A stretch of DNA of 64,000 bases from Epithemia pelagica (taxonomy: Eukaryota > Protista > Bacillariophyta): contig OX337238.1 of NCBI GenBank assembly GCA_946965045.2, forward strand, positions 1,302,001 to 1,366,000, written 5' to 3'. The stretch's first letter is position 1; each line of letters opens with the position of its first letter. Under the pieces are notes generated by a model. It was not told where the DNA came from, searched no databases, and saw only the letters and a program-made list of their open reading frames with translations. Below, piece by piece: positions 11,991 to 24,260 of this stretch. The translations under genes and the position numbers were made by a program.

Positions 11991-13491
11991 CGTACAACAA
12001 CAACAACAACAACAACAACAATCTCGTCATGATCGACAAAAACAACATCAACAACAATGACGTGTACTCAGCAATGGATGGAACAAGTGTCGAGAGGAAT
12101 GTTGAACCCAAGGGCCCATCTCGTCGTACAGGACTCTCAAACGATGGTGTCCTGGATGAATCGACGTACCACTCCTCTCCAAATCATCTACGAAAAGTAT
12201 CCTTCTGTGGGGCGAACCAAACTGCGCAGGACGAATGTCATTCTTGTTAGGATTCATCTCCCGGCCCTCCAAAACTCTAGCCTGCTTGTGGACCGTTGGA
12301 TGTTCTACAAAACGAACAAGTACTTCTTGCAATACAGGCTACAGCAGTGTGTCATGAAATGCTAGATTCCTCTACTTTGAAGGATGTTAAAATGGATCAA
12401 GGGAATGGATTCGGATGCCATGGTGATGTTGTTGTTGGTATTGTCTCGGGCTTTTGTGTTGCATAAAAACCGTCATTCCAATTCACACAATAACAACAAC
12501 AACACTGCTTTGTCTTGTTTCCATTCCCTGGTTCGGTTCTTGTTCGTGATTCCCTTGAGTCTCTCTCATCGTATTGTTTCCACTGGACTAATTGCCATAG
12601 TCAATGGACCGTCGGCTGTTCGCTTTTTCCTGTGGAACCGTCGTATCTTGATATCCTTTGGATGGCATTCTCCTGCTACTGCCACGAGAGGACGACGACG
12701 ACAAGACACACTGACCCGAGGAACAGTAGGGTGTAGCTTCCTTGGGTTTGCGGCAGCCACACAGGGAGCCTACGCCATGGACAATGCCCACAACGACATC
12801 AATAATAAGTCAGCACATGATGATATATGGAATGGAAAGTTGTTGTTGATGACACGCGAAAGAATCAATTCAATGGAATTCTAGAGCGACGGTATTTTGA
12901 CTTGCCGACGACGTTTGTTGTCTTGTGTCATTGTGGTGCGAATCGTGAGTTTTTGGAAAAGAGGAAAGAGCCTTTTCGGTCGGACAATTATTCTTGCTCT
13001 GAATCACGTGTCACTTCAGTCCCACGCAGCGTAGTGTACTACCGATGCTATGTCTATGTTGGAGGAGTGAGGAGACGGCGGAAGGAGAAGGCAGTTGCCT
13101 CGAGAGGGAACATCCGTTCGACTGTTCCAGCGGCCATCTAATGAACCGTTCCCACATGACAGCATTATCTTAAATGAGTTTGTTGGGCATTCGGTTTGAG
13201 CGGCACCATCTATTTAAAGGAATCTACTGTTACAAGGCTGCGCATTCGTGTATTCTGCATCTTTCATTCGCAATCCATACTCTTGAGCATGAAACCACTC
13301 TGGCGACAGGCAGAGGGAAGCAACCTTAGCAGTGGTTGTCACAAAACAGGTGTATTCGCGAGTCTCTGAACTCGATCGTCTCGCAGTAGAGGGAGCTCAG
13401 CAAAGTCTATTTAGGGAGTCCATCAGGCCGTTGTCACCGTCTCCTTCTCTTCCTTCTCATGACGTTCCTTTTCAATCAGTACCATCCATTC

Positions 13492-13938
13492 CTAAGTGGA
13501 TCGTTCCAAGAGAGCGCGATTGTGTTCAAAGCGAGCCGCAAAATGCCGTGGGGTGCGACCCTTGACCAAGGATGATGACGGTTGTCCCTTGTCTTGTTCT
13601 TGTTGTTGTCCACGATGATCCAGTCCTTGTGGATAGGCTCGAATGAGAGCTTCCAGGACGGCTGTCGAACATCCATACATGGCGGCAATGTGCAAGGGCA
13701 ACCAGTCATCCGATCCGGGTTGTTGTGTCGCCGTGGGGTACTGGTCCAACAAGTTCAAAATCAAGTCGTCCGGTGCTTGAAATCCCACGGCGGCATGCAA
13801 GGGCAAATTGCCATATTCATCGGGAACATGGGAATAGTCGTGGACACACGTCATGGCCTCGTCCCATTGCTGTGCTTTAATGTGTTGCAACAAAATACTA
13901 TCTTCTGAATTGGCGTAATCGTGAGGAGAAATGGTCAT
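13492..13938 (-). CDS. Small ankyrin-repeat protein
   Basis: DEYGNLPLHAA, DDWLPLHIAA and GRTPRHFA repeats. Confidence 0.85.
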   Translation of the reverse strand: MTISPHDYANSEDSILLQHIKAQQWDEAMTCVHDYSHVPDEYGNLPLHAAVGFQAPDDLILNLLDQYPTATQQPGSDDWLPLHIAAMYGCSTAVLEALIRAYPQGLDHRGQQQEQDKGQPSSSLVKGRTPRHFAARFEHNRALLERST

Positions 13939-14335
13939 GGTGGTTGTTGTTGCGCGTGTATATCAGTGAATTTTGTGCGTGTTGAGAATAGAGCGACAGG
14001 AGAAGAAGAATGGCACTGTTTGGTCCTGTTCCAACAAAAGGGACAACCGAAACAGACAAGAGGATGTTGTGTGTTGTGGTTGAACCAATCTCCACTTTCC
14101 AGTGTGCTGTTGCTGGCGTTGCAATCCAAAAATTCTTGTGGGACCGCGCACGCATCAATCATCGCTCGCCTTCCTCGCACCTCTTCAAAAATGTTCGGTC
14201 GGCGCGATCGACAGTCGGTTTACATAACCGACACAAAACCGATCAACGGACAATGTCTTTCTACGGACAGATTCTCAGTCGTTCGGTCCACACAATCATA
14301 AAAATCGCACAAACCGAAACGAGAACGCATCGACC

Positions 14336-16579
14336 ATGAGCCGTCATCGCAACGTTCGAAACTTGGTGGCCGAAGAAGAGTATTACGACGACTATGACGA
14401 TGATTATTACGATGACTATGACGATGGTTACGACGATGGATATTATAGCAAACCTCCACTCCAAAAAACACCGGCCAAACAACCACCCAAATCACAGCCA
14501 CAACCACAAAGCAGTAACAATAAATCCAAAAAGGGAGGAGGAACCCTGTCGAAGCAACCACAAGCGTCAGGTACCAAAGTAGCGACCTTTCCTGGATTGA
14601 CGGCCGCTACAACAAGCCCCAAACCGGCGGCAGCACCACTCAAAGACGCGGCTGGCATTCAAAAACCTCCTCCTGGATTCAACGTTGCTCCTCCACCCGG
14701 CTGGGGAACAACCACAAACAGTGCCAAATCCACCAACAATAAGAGCCCCCCTCGTGTCAAAAATCCACCACTGTCTCCAACCCAGCGGGGAGGTGTACAA
14801 GCCCCTCCTCCCGGCTTTTCGGTGGCTCCTCCTCCCGGATTGACGGCTCCTGCTGCATCCTCTCCCTCCCGATCTCCCTCGAAACCTGTCTCAACGGCTC
14901 CCAGATCGAATGGCACCGCCTTCAAACAAACCACTACCTCCTCCAAGAATTCATATCAGGCTCCACCCTTGCCCCAATCCTTGCTGGACCAATGGCAGCA
15001 GACCACCTCCAAAAAACCTACGGTCACCATTGTCATTTTGGGACATGTCGATGCCGGCAAATCCACCTTGACGGGTCACTTGTTGTGGGAAGCGGCAGCC
15101 GCTAGTAGTAGTACCAAAGATGCCCGTCCCACTAATTTTGCTTGGTTGTTGGACGAGGACGAAACGGAACGCGATCATGGCATTACCATGGATGTGGCCA
15201 CCAAAACCTTGGAGGGACGCAATTGTCATTGGGTCATTCACGATGCACCGGGTCACGCCGATTATGTGCCTCACATGATTACCGGTACAGCGCTGGCCGA
15301 TGTCGCTGTGGCCGTCGTGGATGTGACCGATTCTCTCACGTCTACCGCTCGACAATTGCAAGAACATGTCGTTTTGGCCAAGGGATTGGGCATTGGACAT
15401 GTGTTTGTGGCCCTCAACAAACTCGACATGGTGGATTGGAAGGAGGAAGCCTATCGAGCTCAAGTCCAATCCTTGTCGCATTTTTTGTTTCAAACGGTTG
15501 GATGGGCACCCTCCAAGGTACAATTCATTCCCCTCTCCGGTTTGCTGGGAACCAATGTCTATCATCCAGCGACTCGAAACACCAGCAAGGAGGATACAAC
15601 TGGAGCCGCCTTGTTGGCGCAGTGGTATGGCAAGGGTCCCTCGTTGTGGCAAGCCATGGAACAATTAAACTTGTTTTCCCAAACAACCACCGCAAATAAC
15701 AACAAAAAGGACACTGCCGCACCGCGTGTTCCTCGCATCAAATTGGTGGAAAAGCCTTTGCGCTTGTTGGTCACGGACATTTTTCAGGAAACACGAGGCG
15801 GAGGTGTCGCGGTACGTGTCAAGGTGGTGGCGGGTTGGTTTCAGCCACCGACCAACAACAATACTACTCCAAATACCGACACTGCCACGACGACGACGCG
15901 CCTCATGGTGTGGCCAGTCGGGGAAGCCGTCCGCATTGTCCAATGCACACCGGTCCAAGAACAAGCCGTGGCAGCACCACGATCTTCCAACAACAACAAC
16001 AATAATAATAACAAGAGCGGAACAGCTCCGGCCAACGCAGCGTGGTATGTGGTCGCAGGGGAGTGGGTGGATTTGATTCTGTCGGGTTTGGACCTGGCAC
16101 AATGGTCCGTCGGTCATGTCTTGGGACGCATGGCTGATTCTTCCAGTTTGGCCCTGTCCATGGCCGTCCGAGAAGGAGGAAAAGGTCAAACGTGTGTCTG
16201 TCGCATCTATGTTTTGGATACTGTCACGGTTCCCATTATTCGAGGGACCTTTTGCTTGCTGCACATTCATGCCTTGACCGGTGTTCCCTGTCATATCTCG
16301 ACCTTGATTCGATCCACCAACACCAAAACCAATGGGGAATCCAACAACAACAACAACAACAACAAGAATGACACGGCCTTGTTTTGGAAGGACCGTCCCC
16401 GTGCCTTGACCAAACAAACGCAAGCGGTTGTGGAATTGACCATCCCCAAACAACCGCATGCCATTGTCTGGGAAGCCTTTGCGGATTGCCGTGCTCTGGG
16501 ACGATTTGTCTTGAGACGGAATGGAGAAAGCATTGCCGTGGGACGAATTGAACAAGTTCTTTCGTCGTCCATTCGGTGA
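14336..16579 (+). CDS. HBS1: HBS1-like translational GTPase
   Basis: N-terminal MSRHRNVR plus acidic D/Y tract; G motifs GHVDAGKST, DAPGH, NKLD; C-terminal LGRFVLRRNGESIAVGRI; poly-Asn/Thr insertions. Confidence 0.93.
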   Translation: MSRHRNVRNLVAEEEYYDDYDDDYYDDYDDGYDDGYYSKPPLQKTPAKQPPKSQPQPQSSNNKSKKGGGTLSKQPQASGTKVATFPGLTAATTSPKPAAAPLKDAAGIQKPPPGFNVAPPPGWGTTTNSAKSTNNKSPPRVKNPPLSPTQRGGVQAPPPGFSVAPPPGLTAPAASSPSRSPSKPVSTAPRSNGTAFKQTTTSSKNSYQAPPLPQSLLDQWQQTTSKKPTVTIVILGHVDAGKSTLTGHLLWEAAAASSSTKDARPTNFAWLLDEDETERDHGITMDVATKTLEGRNCHWVIHDAPGHADYVPHMITGTALADVAVAVVDVTDSLTSTARQLQEHVVLAKGLGIGHVFVALNKLDMVDWKEEAYRAQVQSLSHFLFQTVGWAPSKVQFIPLSGLLGTNVYHPATRNTSKEDTTGAALLAQWYGKGPSLWQAMEQLNLFSQTTTANNNKKDTAAPRVPRIKLVEKPLRLLVTDIFQETRGGGVAVRVKVVAGWFQPPTNNNTTPNTDTATTTTRLMVWPVGEAVRIVQCTPVQEQAVAAPRSSNNNNNNNNKSGTAPANAAWYVVAGEWVDLILSGLDLAQWSVGHVLGRMADSSSLALSMAVREGGKGQTCVCRIYVLDTVTVPIIRGTFCLLHIHALTGVPCHISTLIRSTNTKTNGESNNNNNNNKNDTALFWKDRPRALTKQTQAVVELTIPKQPHAIVWEAFADCRALGRFVLRRNGESIAVGRIEQVLSSSIR

Positions 16580-17498
16580 CACTGTAATAAACCATGGCAC
16601 GGAGACAAGCACGAGGAAGCCGCGGTTAACTTCCTTCCTCGTTTTGTTGTCGCCGCAACGACTCGGATCCTGCTCTGGCCTGGATCAATCGAGATTTCAC
16701 TCGATGAATGACTCGGGCCTTTCCTACAACCTGCGTTAAGAGTTGAGAGGAGGATGATAGTGGTCTCTCCAGGACACAACTGCGAACAAACTGCTGTGCT
16801 GGTTATGTACGAACAGCATGGTTGTATAGTGGCAAAAGCAATGTGCGCGGAAACGAGTTGCAAAGACAATGTTGCTTTCCTTCTTTTTGGAAAGAAACCC
16901 TGCAATGTGGTTGGTATTGAATCGACGGAGAAATGTGGGTTTGCAAAGTGGCTCGATTCCGATCCCCGAACCAAAAAGAACAAACTGTTTAGAGAGGTAT
17001 ATCACACGACTATTCCCAGAGGATGAAACCAAGGAATCCTTGGCATGTATTCTACAGCATATTCTGCGTGTGCACTCAAGTGGTTGGTTGCCAGATATGC
17101 AACTGGTGTATCCCTTTTGGTAATGGTGCAAGCGCACACAACTCTCATGGCTCTTGATTGAATTGACCCCAAAGTGGGTCGAGTTAAGCAACCCTTGGAA
17201 ATCATGCATCATACTAGGTAGACCTAGGGTTAAAAAGTATCAAGTGCTTCAACGAAATTTTGAGAGTGTGTAAAACGTTGCTGGATGGAATACATTATAT
17301 AGAGAATGGAGGAGGAGCACCCCTTTGGCCCCACCAAATTTGGGAGGAGATGAACACAAACAGACCGAGTGTTTCTTGTGTGTGTGGTATGGTTGGAACA
17401 AGTGTTTCTATGGTTGGAACAAGTGTTTCTTGTGGGAACGTGTGGAGAGAGCGAGTGAGTGAGCGAGACAGCGCGGTCCTACAAACACACACAAACGT

Positions 17499-19110
17499 TT
17501 AGGCTGTCGCTTCCTGTGCCTTGGCTTGGAGCAATTCCTTGGTCTTGGCTTGGAGCAATTCCTTGGTCTTGTATTCAAAGATTCGTTGGTCGTTGGGGAT
17601 GGAGGGATCTTGCAAATTGCGGGCAATTTTTGTGACATCGGCCAAGGTCAAATCTCCTTCATCCGTGTCACAAAAGGCTTGGAATCGATCGGGATGAAAG
17701 GTCACACCGGGCAAATTCTTGAGCCGGTATTCCAACCGTCGCTTTTCCATGGCATTCAGCGTATAATCGCCGTCGCGGTCCGTGGTAAAAATGGCCGTCA
17801 CAATGTGTTGAAGAATCTCATCGTCCAACAACTCCTTGATTTGACCTTGCAATTGTCCATTTTCGTGCACCAAATTCACCAATCGATCAACTTGGCCGCC
17901 CGCCTTGACGGCCAGTTCGTCCAATTCTTGTTCGACATGCTTCAATCTGCAACATGAAAACAAAACAAAAAGACATTTGAGACATTTCTGAAAACCTGCT
18001 CTCGTGTCGCTTTTCCACACAATCTCTATCGCATCACACACAATCCTCGTCTACTTACTGTTGCACTTGTTGTTCCATGGTATCAATGGATTCGGTCAAT
18101 TTGGAATTTTCCATGGTGAGCGTATTCACCTTTTCTAGCAAGGCATTTTGTTGTCCTCGCATGCCACCGAGGGCCTTTAATTGCGTCTTTTGCCAAAAGA
18201 CGAGGGGACTGAGGACCATGGTCAAGAGAGAGGAAAAGTCCACCAAATGTCCCACAATCAGAATCATGCTAACCAAGGCACTCAAAAAGCCCATGACGGA
18301 AAGACCTTGGACGCCATAATCGTGCAAGCCGGTAATGAGACCATCCGTGCCTTCACCCTTGACCTTGTGATTGCCCGTTTCTTCATCGGCTTCGAGCGGA
18401 TGGCTGCCAATTTGACTGAGAGTATGGCTCGTCGAGGCGGTGGCGGCCGCCACGGCCAATTGGGTGCCCAAACTCAATTCGCGTGATTTTTGCGCCGTGA
18501 CTTGTCCCACTTGTTGTACCATTTGACCAACTTGTTCTCCCATTTGACGCATGGACGGTCCAGCCCGTTCCAAGGCGTGTCCCACGTGTTGTTGAAAGTT
18601 GCGCAAGGACTCGCCCGCCTTTTCCTGAACCTGTCGCATGGACTGACCGGCCTTTTCTTGCACCTGTCGCATGGACTGACCGGCCTTTTCGTGCGCTTTT
18701 CCCACGTGTTGTTGGACCGTGCGCAAGGATTCACCCGCCTTTTCTTGGACTTGTCGCATGGACTCGCCCGCCTTTTCTTGGACTTGTCGCATGGATTCAC
18801 CCGCTTTTTCTTGGACTTGTCGCATGGATTCACCCGCCTTGGTCAAGGCCGGACGAACGACTTTGGCATGCAAGTCTTGCAAGGGATTGGCCTTTTGGTT
18901 GCTAAAAGTGCTGTCGGTCGTTGATGTTGTGGAGGAAGTTTCCGTCTCTTCCATGGTAATTTTGGGAGCCATGCCTCCCATAATGAGAGTGTTGGCACCC
19001 ATGACATCGTCTTCCTTTTCTTCCTTAATGGTTTCGGGAGGAGCTTCCACATCCACCAACTTGTCAGTGGTGGGAGCATCGACTGCGGTCCAGCTTTCTT
19101 CCGTGCTCAT
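17499..19110 (-). CDS. Membrane coiled-coil protein with 11-mer repeats and an EF-hand-like loop (gene A, 2 exons)
   Basis: ATG 19110; intron 18058-17947 (gtaagt...ttgcag) joins QVQ|QLKHVE in frame; TM pair, coiled coil, DRDGDYTL. Confidence 0.75.
18535..18840 (-). repeat. Coding 33-bp (11-aa) repeats, KAGESMRQVQE type, about 8 units with two 7-aa spacers
   Basis: Directly visible in the sequence and in the translation of ORF 18055..19356. Confidence 0.9.
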
Positions 19111-19734
19111 GGTGGTTGTTGGTTGCTGATTGCTGATGGACAAGAGTTGGATTCGGCAGCACACACGATGAGGACGAGAAAATGACGGCACCTCGATGGC
19201 TGTCCTATTCAAACTGTACTGCGCACCAATAAAGATTCGTTGCAGTATCCTTATTTCAGTACCATTTTGTTCGCATCCAAGGCGCAAAGGGTGGATGAGG
19301 TGGGCAAGATACCATCCCTCAACCGCATTGGATCGAGGGATTCGTGGGGCATACAAACGTATAATGGTGTAGTGAGACTACCGATTTTTAACCCCATGGA
19401 CACCCGACATGGAAAAACTAAGCGGCTGTTCGTTGATTCGTACAAAGACGATTGATTAAGAGTGTACATGTAAACTCTGGATAGTCGTCGAGCGGACTTT
19501 GGCGGACCGCGCCGGGCCGTCTCGTGATCCAAGCAGGACCAAGCGAAACGTACAGCATTATAGATAGACCTCTGCTCTCATTCATCATCGACGACTCTCC
19601 TCCTCTGTCACTATCGTTGATCGATCGTTGATCGAAGACAACACAGTTCCTCTGTCTTGACGATTGCCACCGTCTTCCCCTACCAGTAGGACCCTTGTAT
19701 TGCTGCAATCCAATACGAAACAAATAATAGAATC

Positions 19735-20700
19735 ATGGCATCGGCCGACGTTGTGACACCTCCTGTGGATTTGGAAGCGGGCGAAGCGACACCGCTCCTG
19801 TCGAGCACCACCAAAACCGAAGAACCTCCACCCCTTCAAGATATCAAGGCGGAAAGTCTCAAGGAAAAGACTGTTTCGGCCGTGGCAGGTGTCAATTGTA
19901 AGTACGACGCCCTTCTTCGTTTTCGCGTGGAATCTCGTAGAGAGTGGAATGGTTGGACGACACTCACAAAAAATATGTGTTTTTGGTGTGTGCGTGGATG
20001 GATGGTGCATGCGATTGGAATGATATTCTTGGTTGGTGTTTGTATATAATTATAATTAGTCGCCTTGGCGGTTTTGACCCTAATGTTTCAAGCCGCCGCC
20101 CATCCCGTGGTTTGGATTTCCAGCGTCTTGGGGTTGATTGTCAGTCCTTTGGCCGCCTTTCAACAACACAAATTGACCCAAGTCGAAGCGCTGAGTCAAA
20201 CCAATGAACGATTGGAACAGGACGTTTCGCAATTGGCGGCGCAAAATACGCGCTTGACGGCCAATTTGCAACAAGCCGAAGAATCCGTCTACAATTTACA
20301 AGCCATGCAAGAAACCTTGGAAACCTTGCAATCCGTCCAAGGTCAATCCATGGACGAATTGGAACAACAATTGCAAGAATCCAAGTATATCTTGGCCACT
20401 ATGAACACCAATCTCAAGGGACAATTGCTGCAAAATTTAATTACCGTCCTCTTGAATGCCGATAAGGATGGCAACATGATCTTGTCGGACGACGACATTG
20501 AAGATATTGTCCATCGTTTGGAAGGCTTGCACAATGTCAACATTAACGATGCCGCCTTGCGTCAAGTCATTATCGATCATGGACGATCGGTGGAAGCCGT
20601 CATGGAAGTGGCCAAGGCGGCGCTCTTGTCCGATTCCGAAGATCAAGCGCTCTTTACCTTTTTGCAAGAAGACACGGATGCGCCTCCAGAGGCTTCGTAA
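19735..20700 (+). CDS. Membrane coiled-coil protein with an EF-hand-like loop (gene B, distant paralog of gene A, 2 exons)
   Basis: ATG 19735; intron 19898-20059 (gtaagt...attag) gives in-frame VN|FALAVL; SPL-x-x-[FW]Q after the TM, coiled coil, DKDGNMIL. Confidence 0.75.
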
Positions 20701-22150
20701 GCCTCACATTGTATCCATATTATTATTATGTTTGGGCCACACGACTAGAGCGTATCACCGGACCATACAAACCATGGATTGGACGATCCGATTCGAGTGC
20801 CCATTTCTCGACCGACACACATGATCGAAACAGGAGGATCGTCACCAACGTAACGCGGCGCATGGACCAACTAGAAGCATTGGGGACGTACAAATATTTC
20901 TAGAAGGCAGTTCCAATTAGGAAAGAATAGTCCATGGTTTAGCTTGGAATTTGGAATCACCTACTGTCCTACTACGTAGCTTCGCGGAAATACTCCTACG
21001 AGAGCGTCCGTCCTTCGTACGATATGACTCCGATCCGATCTAATCAGCGCGCGCACAGCCAACACTGTACCGACGTGTGAGAACAAGTACGGATGGACTC
21101 TACCGTTTACGGTAGTCTAGTATGTAGTGTGTTGCGTGCCTCGCGTGAATTGTCGGCATGGTGGTGAAAGAATATCCCTAACCGTAAGGGAGTGAGGACG
21201 GAAGTCACGCCAGCTATGTCTAATGTCTACGTCAAATTGTGAAGGAGAATAAGGAACGTTGGGAAGAATAAGGAAGTAATCGGGTTGACCGTGAGACGTC
21301 TTATGATCTCATTTGATTTGTTAAAATGCAACAATCTTGTAATCATGATGATACAAGAGATGAAAGAACGAAGCAAGAACTTGGATGTGTTGCTAAGAGT
21401 ATAGTGTCGGAAGGTACGGTCTAGTCTTCGTCTCCAACAAGCAATATCTCCAACCTGCGAAGTTGCAAGTCCATAGCCTGGTTTTCATCAATCAATTTTT
21501 TTGTTGCGTCGCGCCAGTGTTTTGTTTTCCACAACGAGTTTCTTGTTATAATCCAAAAGTTTCGTGAGGGATGTTGAGAAATCAGCCATCATTTTCTCAA
21601 CTTCGGCCATCCGTTCTTCGGTGGTGGCCACAACGTCTTGGCACAGGGTGATGAGAGTGACAGGAAAGCGGGGAATAACGCTACTTCTTGTTATTCGTGT
21701 TTCCTTCACCTTCCTGTTTCAACGTCGCATTTTTTTGTTTTTCTCTACGATCAAGTTCCATCGAAAGCGAAAGTGACGAATTGAAAAATATAGAGGTGCT
21801 TGGAGATGCGGTTGGCGTTGGCAAAGCAGTCGAACAATCTGGGTCGTCGCTAGGACAAATAATGCTAACCACATAGCTTTCAGTCGCTTTTTTTAACGCG
21901 ATATCTATGCGTCCTTTCGACGACCGCCCAGACATCTTTCCACGATCGATCGCGATCCAAGACCCCTCATTTTTTCGTTTCAGATCCATCCAAGATCTCT
22001 CTCCCGAGGTGGTGGTTGCCCAACCGCGTGTGTTACCATAAAAAGCAGCGACAAAAAGAATTGTTCCTTGTTTGACAGCAAGTCGTCTTCTCCATTCGCT
22101 CGGACTCTACTAGGTACTGTTTGCCACAACCAACGATTGAGACACTTGCC

Positions 22151-23653
22151 ATGCCGCCTCCGCCGTCACATGTCTTGAGGAGGTTCTTGTCGTCGTCGTC
22201 ATGGTCGTCTCCAGGAGTACGACGCACTGCTGCTGTGACGAGCAACCACCTCTTGTCACCCGTCTGGACGCACTTGACGGAGATTCAACCCAATCGTGCC
22301 TCCGGCATTTATTTGTACGACGATGACAAACAGGAACGGTACATGGATTTTACCAGTGGCATTGGTGTCACCAACACGGGTCATTGTCATGCCACGGTGG
22401 TCCAGGCCATTCAACAACAGGCCGAACAATTACTATTTGGACAAGTGAATATTGTGGTTCCACGCACCACGGTGGAATTGGCCCATGAATTGCAACAAGC
22501 CCTGCATCACAGCAGTCATTGGACGGGTTTGGATCGATTCTTTTTTGCCAATAGTGGTGCCGAAGCCGTAGAAGCCAGTGTCAAATTGGCCCGTCATGCC
22601 ACGGGCAAAACCAATCTCATTGTCTTTCAGGGATCCTTTCATGGACGATCCCATCAAGCCATGGCCATGACCACCGCTAAGGCCATTTATCGAGTCAACT
22701 ATCAACCCTTGCCCGGCGGGGTCTTTGTCGCGCCCTTTCCCACGCTGTCGTCGTCCTCCAACTCCTCCTCCTGGGACAATCCTTCCACACGGGACGAATT
22801 ACTGGACGTGGCAATTGATGCGTGTCTCGACACGTTGGAAACTGACTTGCTCAAGGGACAAACTCGTCCCGACGAAACGGCCGCTTTGGTTATTGAACCC
22901 GTCTTGGGCGAAGGCGGGTATCTCCCGGCGCCGCCGCGCTTTTTGCGCGAATTGCGACGCTTGTGTACCGACCATGACATTCTCCTCATTGCCGATGAAG
23001 TTCAATCCGGCATGGGTCGGACGGGAAAACTCTTTGCCTTGGAACATGCTGCCGCCGCCGTCGCGGACGACGACGACGACACTGCCAAGGGTGAAACCTC
23101 CACCACCGCCACCCAAACCATGGAACCCGACATTCTCGTCATGGCCAAGGGATTGGGCAGTGGATTGCCCATTTCTGCCATTGCCTCTCGCAGTGACTTG
23201 ATGCAACACTGGATACCCGGTTCCCATGGTGGCACTTATGGAGGAGGGAGTGCCATTGCGGCCGCGGCCGCCTTGGCCAGTTTGCAAGTGGTCTTGCACG
23301 AAGGATTGTTGGACAATGCTCAGGTCCGAGGCCAGCAATTGCAAGCTGGACTCCAGGCCTTGCAATTGGAATTAAATCAAGGTTCATCGGCCGCCAAGCA
23401 TTCGAGAATCATTCAGGACGTTCGTGGTTTGGGACTCATGGTGGGGACGGAATTTTCCTCCAAGGCTCTGGCCCAAGCCGTTCAACGGGCCTGTTTGGAC
23501 CGCAAGTTACTCTTGCTCACGTGTGGAACCAAGGAAAACGTCATTCGATGGATCCCACCCTTGATTGTCACCCACGACGAACTGAAGGAAGCGCTCGACC
23601 GGTTTGCCCAAGCCGTTCGACACGTTGTCGCAACAACAGAAGGCCGTGTCTAA
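22151..23653 (+). CDS. gabT: 4-aminobutyrate aminotransferase (class III PLP), probable mitochondrial presequence
   Basis: YMDFTSGIGVTNTGH, NSGAEAVE, FQGSFHGR, IADEVQSGMGRTG, AKGLGSG (PLP lysine), HGGTYGG. Confidence 0.88.
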   Translation: MPPPPSHVLRRFLSSSSWSSPGVRRTAAVTSNHLLSPVWTHLTEIQPNRASGIYLYDDDKQERYMDFTSGIGVTNTGHCHATVVQAIQQQAEQLLFGQVNIVVPRTTVELAHELQQALHHSSHWTGLDRFFFANSGAEAVEASVKLARHATGKTNLIVFQGSFHGRSHQAMAMTTAKAIYRVNYQPLPGGVFVAPFPTLSSSSNSSSWDNPSTRDELLDVAIDACLDTLETDLLKGQTRPDETAALVIEPVLGEGGYLPAPPRFLRELRRLCTDHDILLIADEVQSGMGRTGKLFALEHAAAAVADDDDDTAKGETSTTATQTMEPDILVMAKGLGSGLPISAIASRSDLMQHWIPGSHGGTYGGGSAIAAAAALASLQVVLHEGLLDNAQVRGQQLQAGLQALQLELNQGSSAAKHSRIIQDVRGLGLMVGTEFSSKALAQAVQRACLDRKLLLLTCGTKENVIRWIPPLIVTHDELKEALDRFAQAVRHVVATTEGRV

Positions 23654-24260
23654 TCTAACGAGAGGACACTATCATCTGTTCCAGTGCCATTCGTTGACTC
23701 CTATTGTCACGTTCCCTTGCACTCGGGAATATCCAAAAGTGGACAAAATGGTTCTTGGGTGCACGTAATCGGAAACAATCTGGAATGAATTGGACGCAAT
23801 GGGAAACAATCCGGAATGAATCACCACACATGGTACTGCCGACTTGTGTTGTGTTGGATTTACCAAAGGTCCCCCAGTTGCGACCACTCGAGGAATAGCA
23901 CTGATTTGTCAGGCCGACCCTCCGTTGCTTTGTTCTCTTGCGTCGACAAACTATAGACCTAGGAAGATCGGCAAGATGCGCAAGACTAGAGATTGACAGG
24001 AAATGAGATTATTTTTGCCCAAGCATACACGTTTTACCAAACTTAGGGAATGAATGTACCATGCACCAACTTTTAGCTGTATATAAGAAGAAGAAAAAAA
24101 GAGTATGGTTTTGCCACAGGAACCTGCTTCTTGTCCTTTCGTTACTTTCTTGTTTCCTCGCATAGTTTGACACGCACTTGGTCCAGAGCGAGCGCTGCCA
24201 AACGGAACCCACTTGGACAAGTGTTGGTTCCGAATGGGAGTGTCCTTGAGTTCGTCCTAG

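Noticed and set aside
12384-12884. 166-aa ORF and overlapping antisense ORFs
   Set aside because: Low-complexity and no motif; more likely UTR or intergenic sequence.
16736-17212. Overlapping ORFs downstream of HBS1
   Set aside because: No domain signature and no consistent frame.
21488-21989. Two short minus-strand ORFs with a coiled-coil-like end
   Set aside because: Possibly a gene remnant, but no splice or motif evidence links them.
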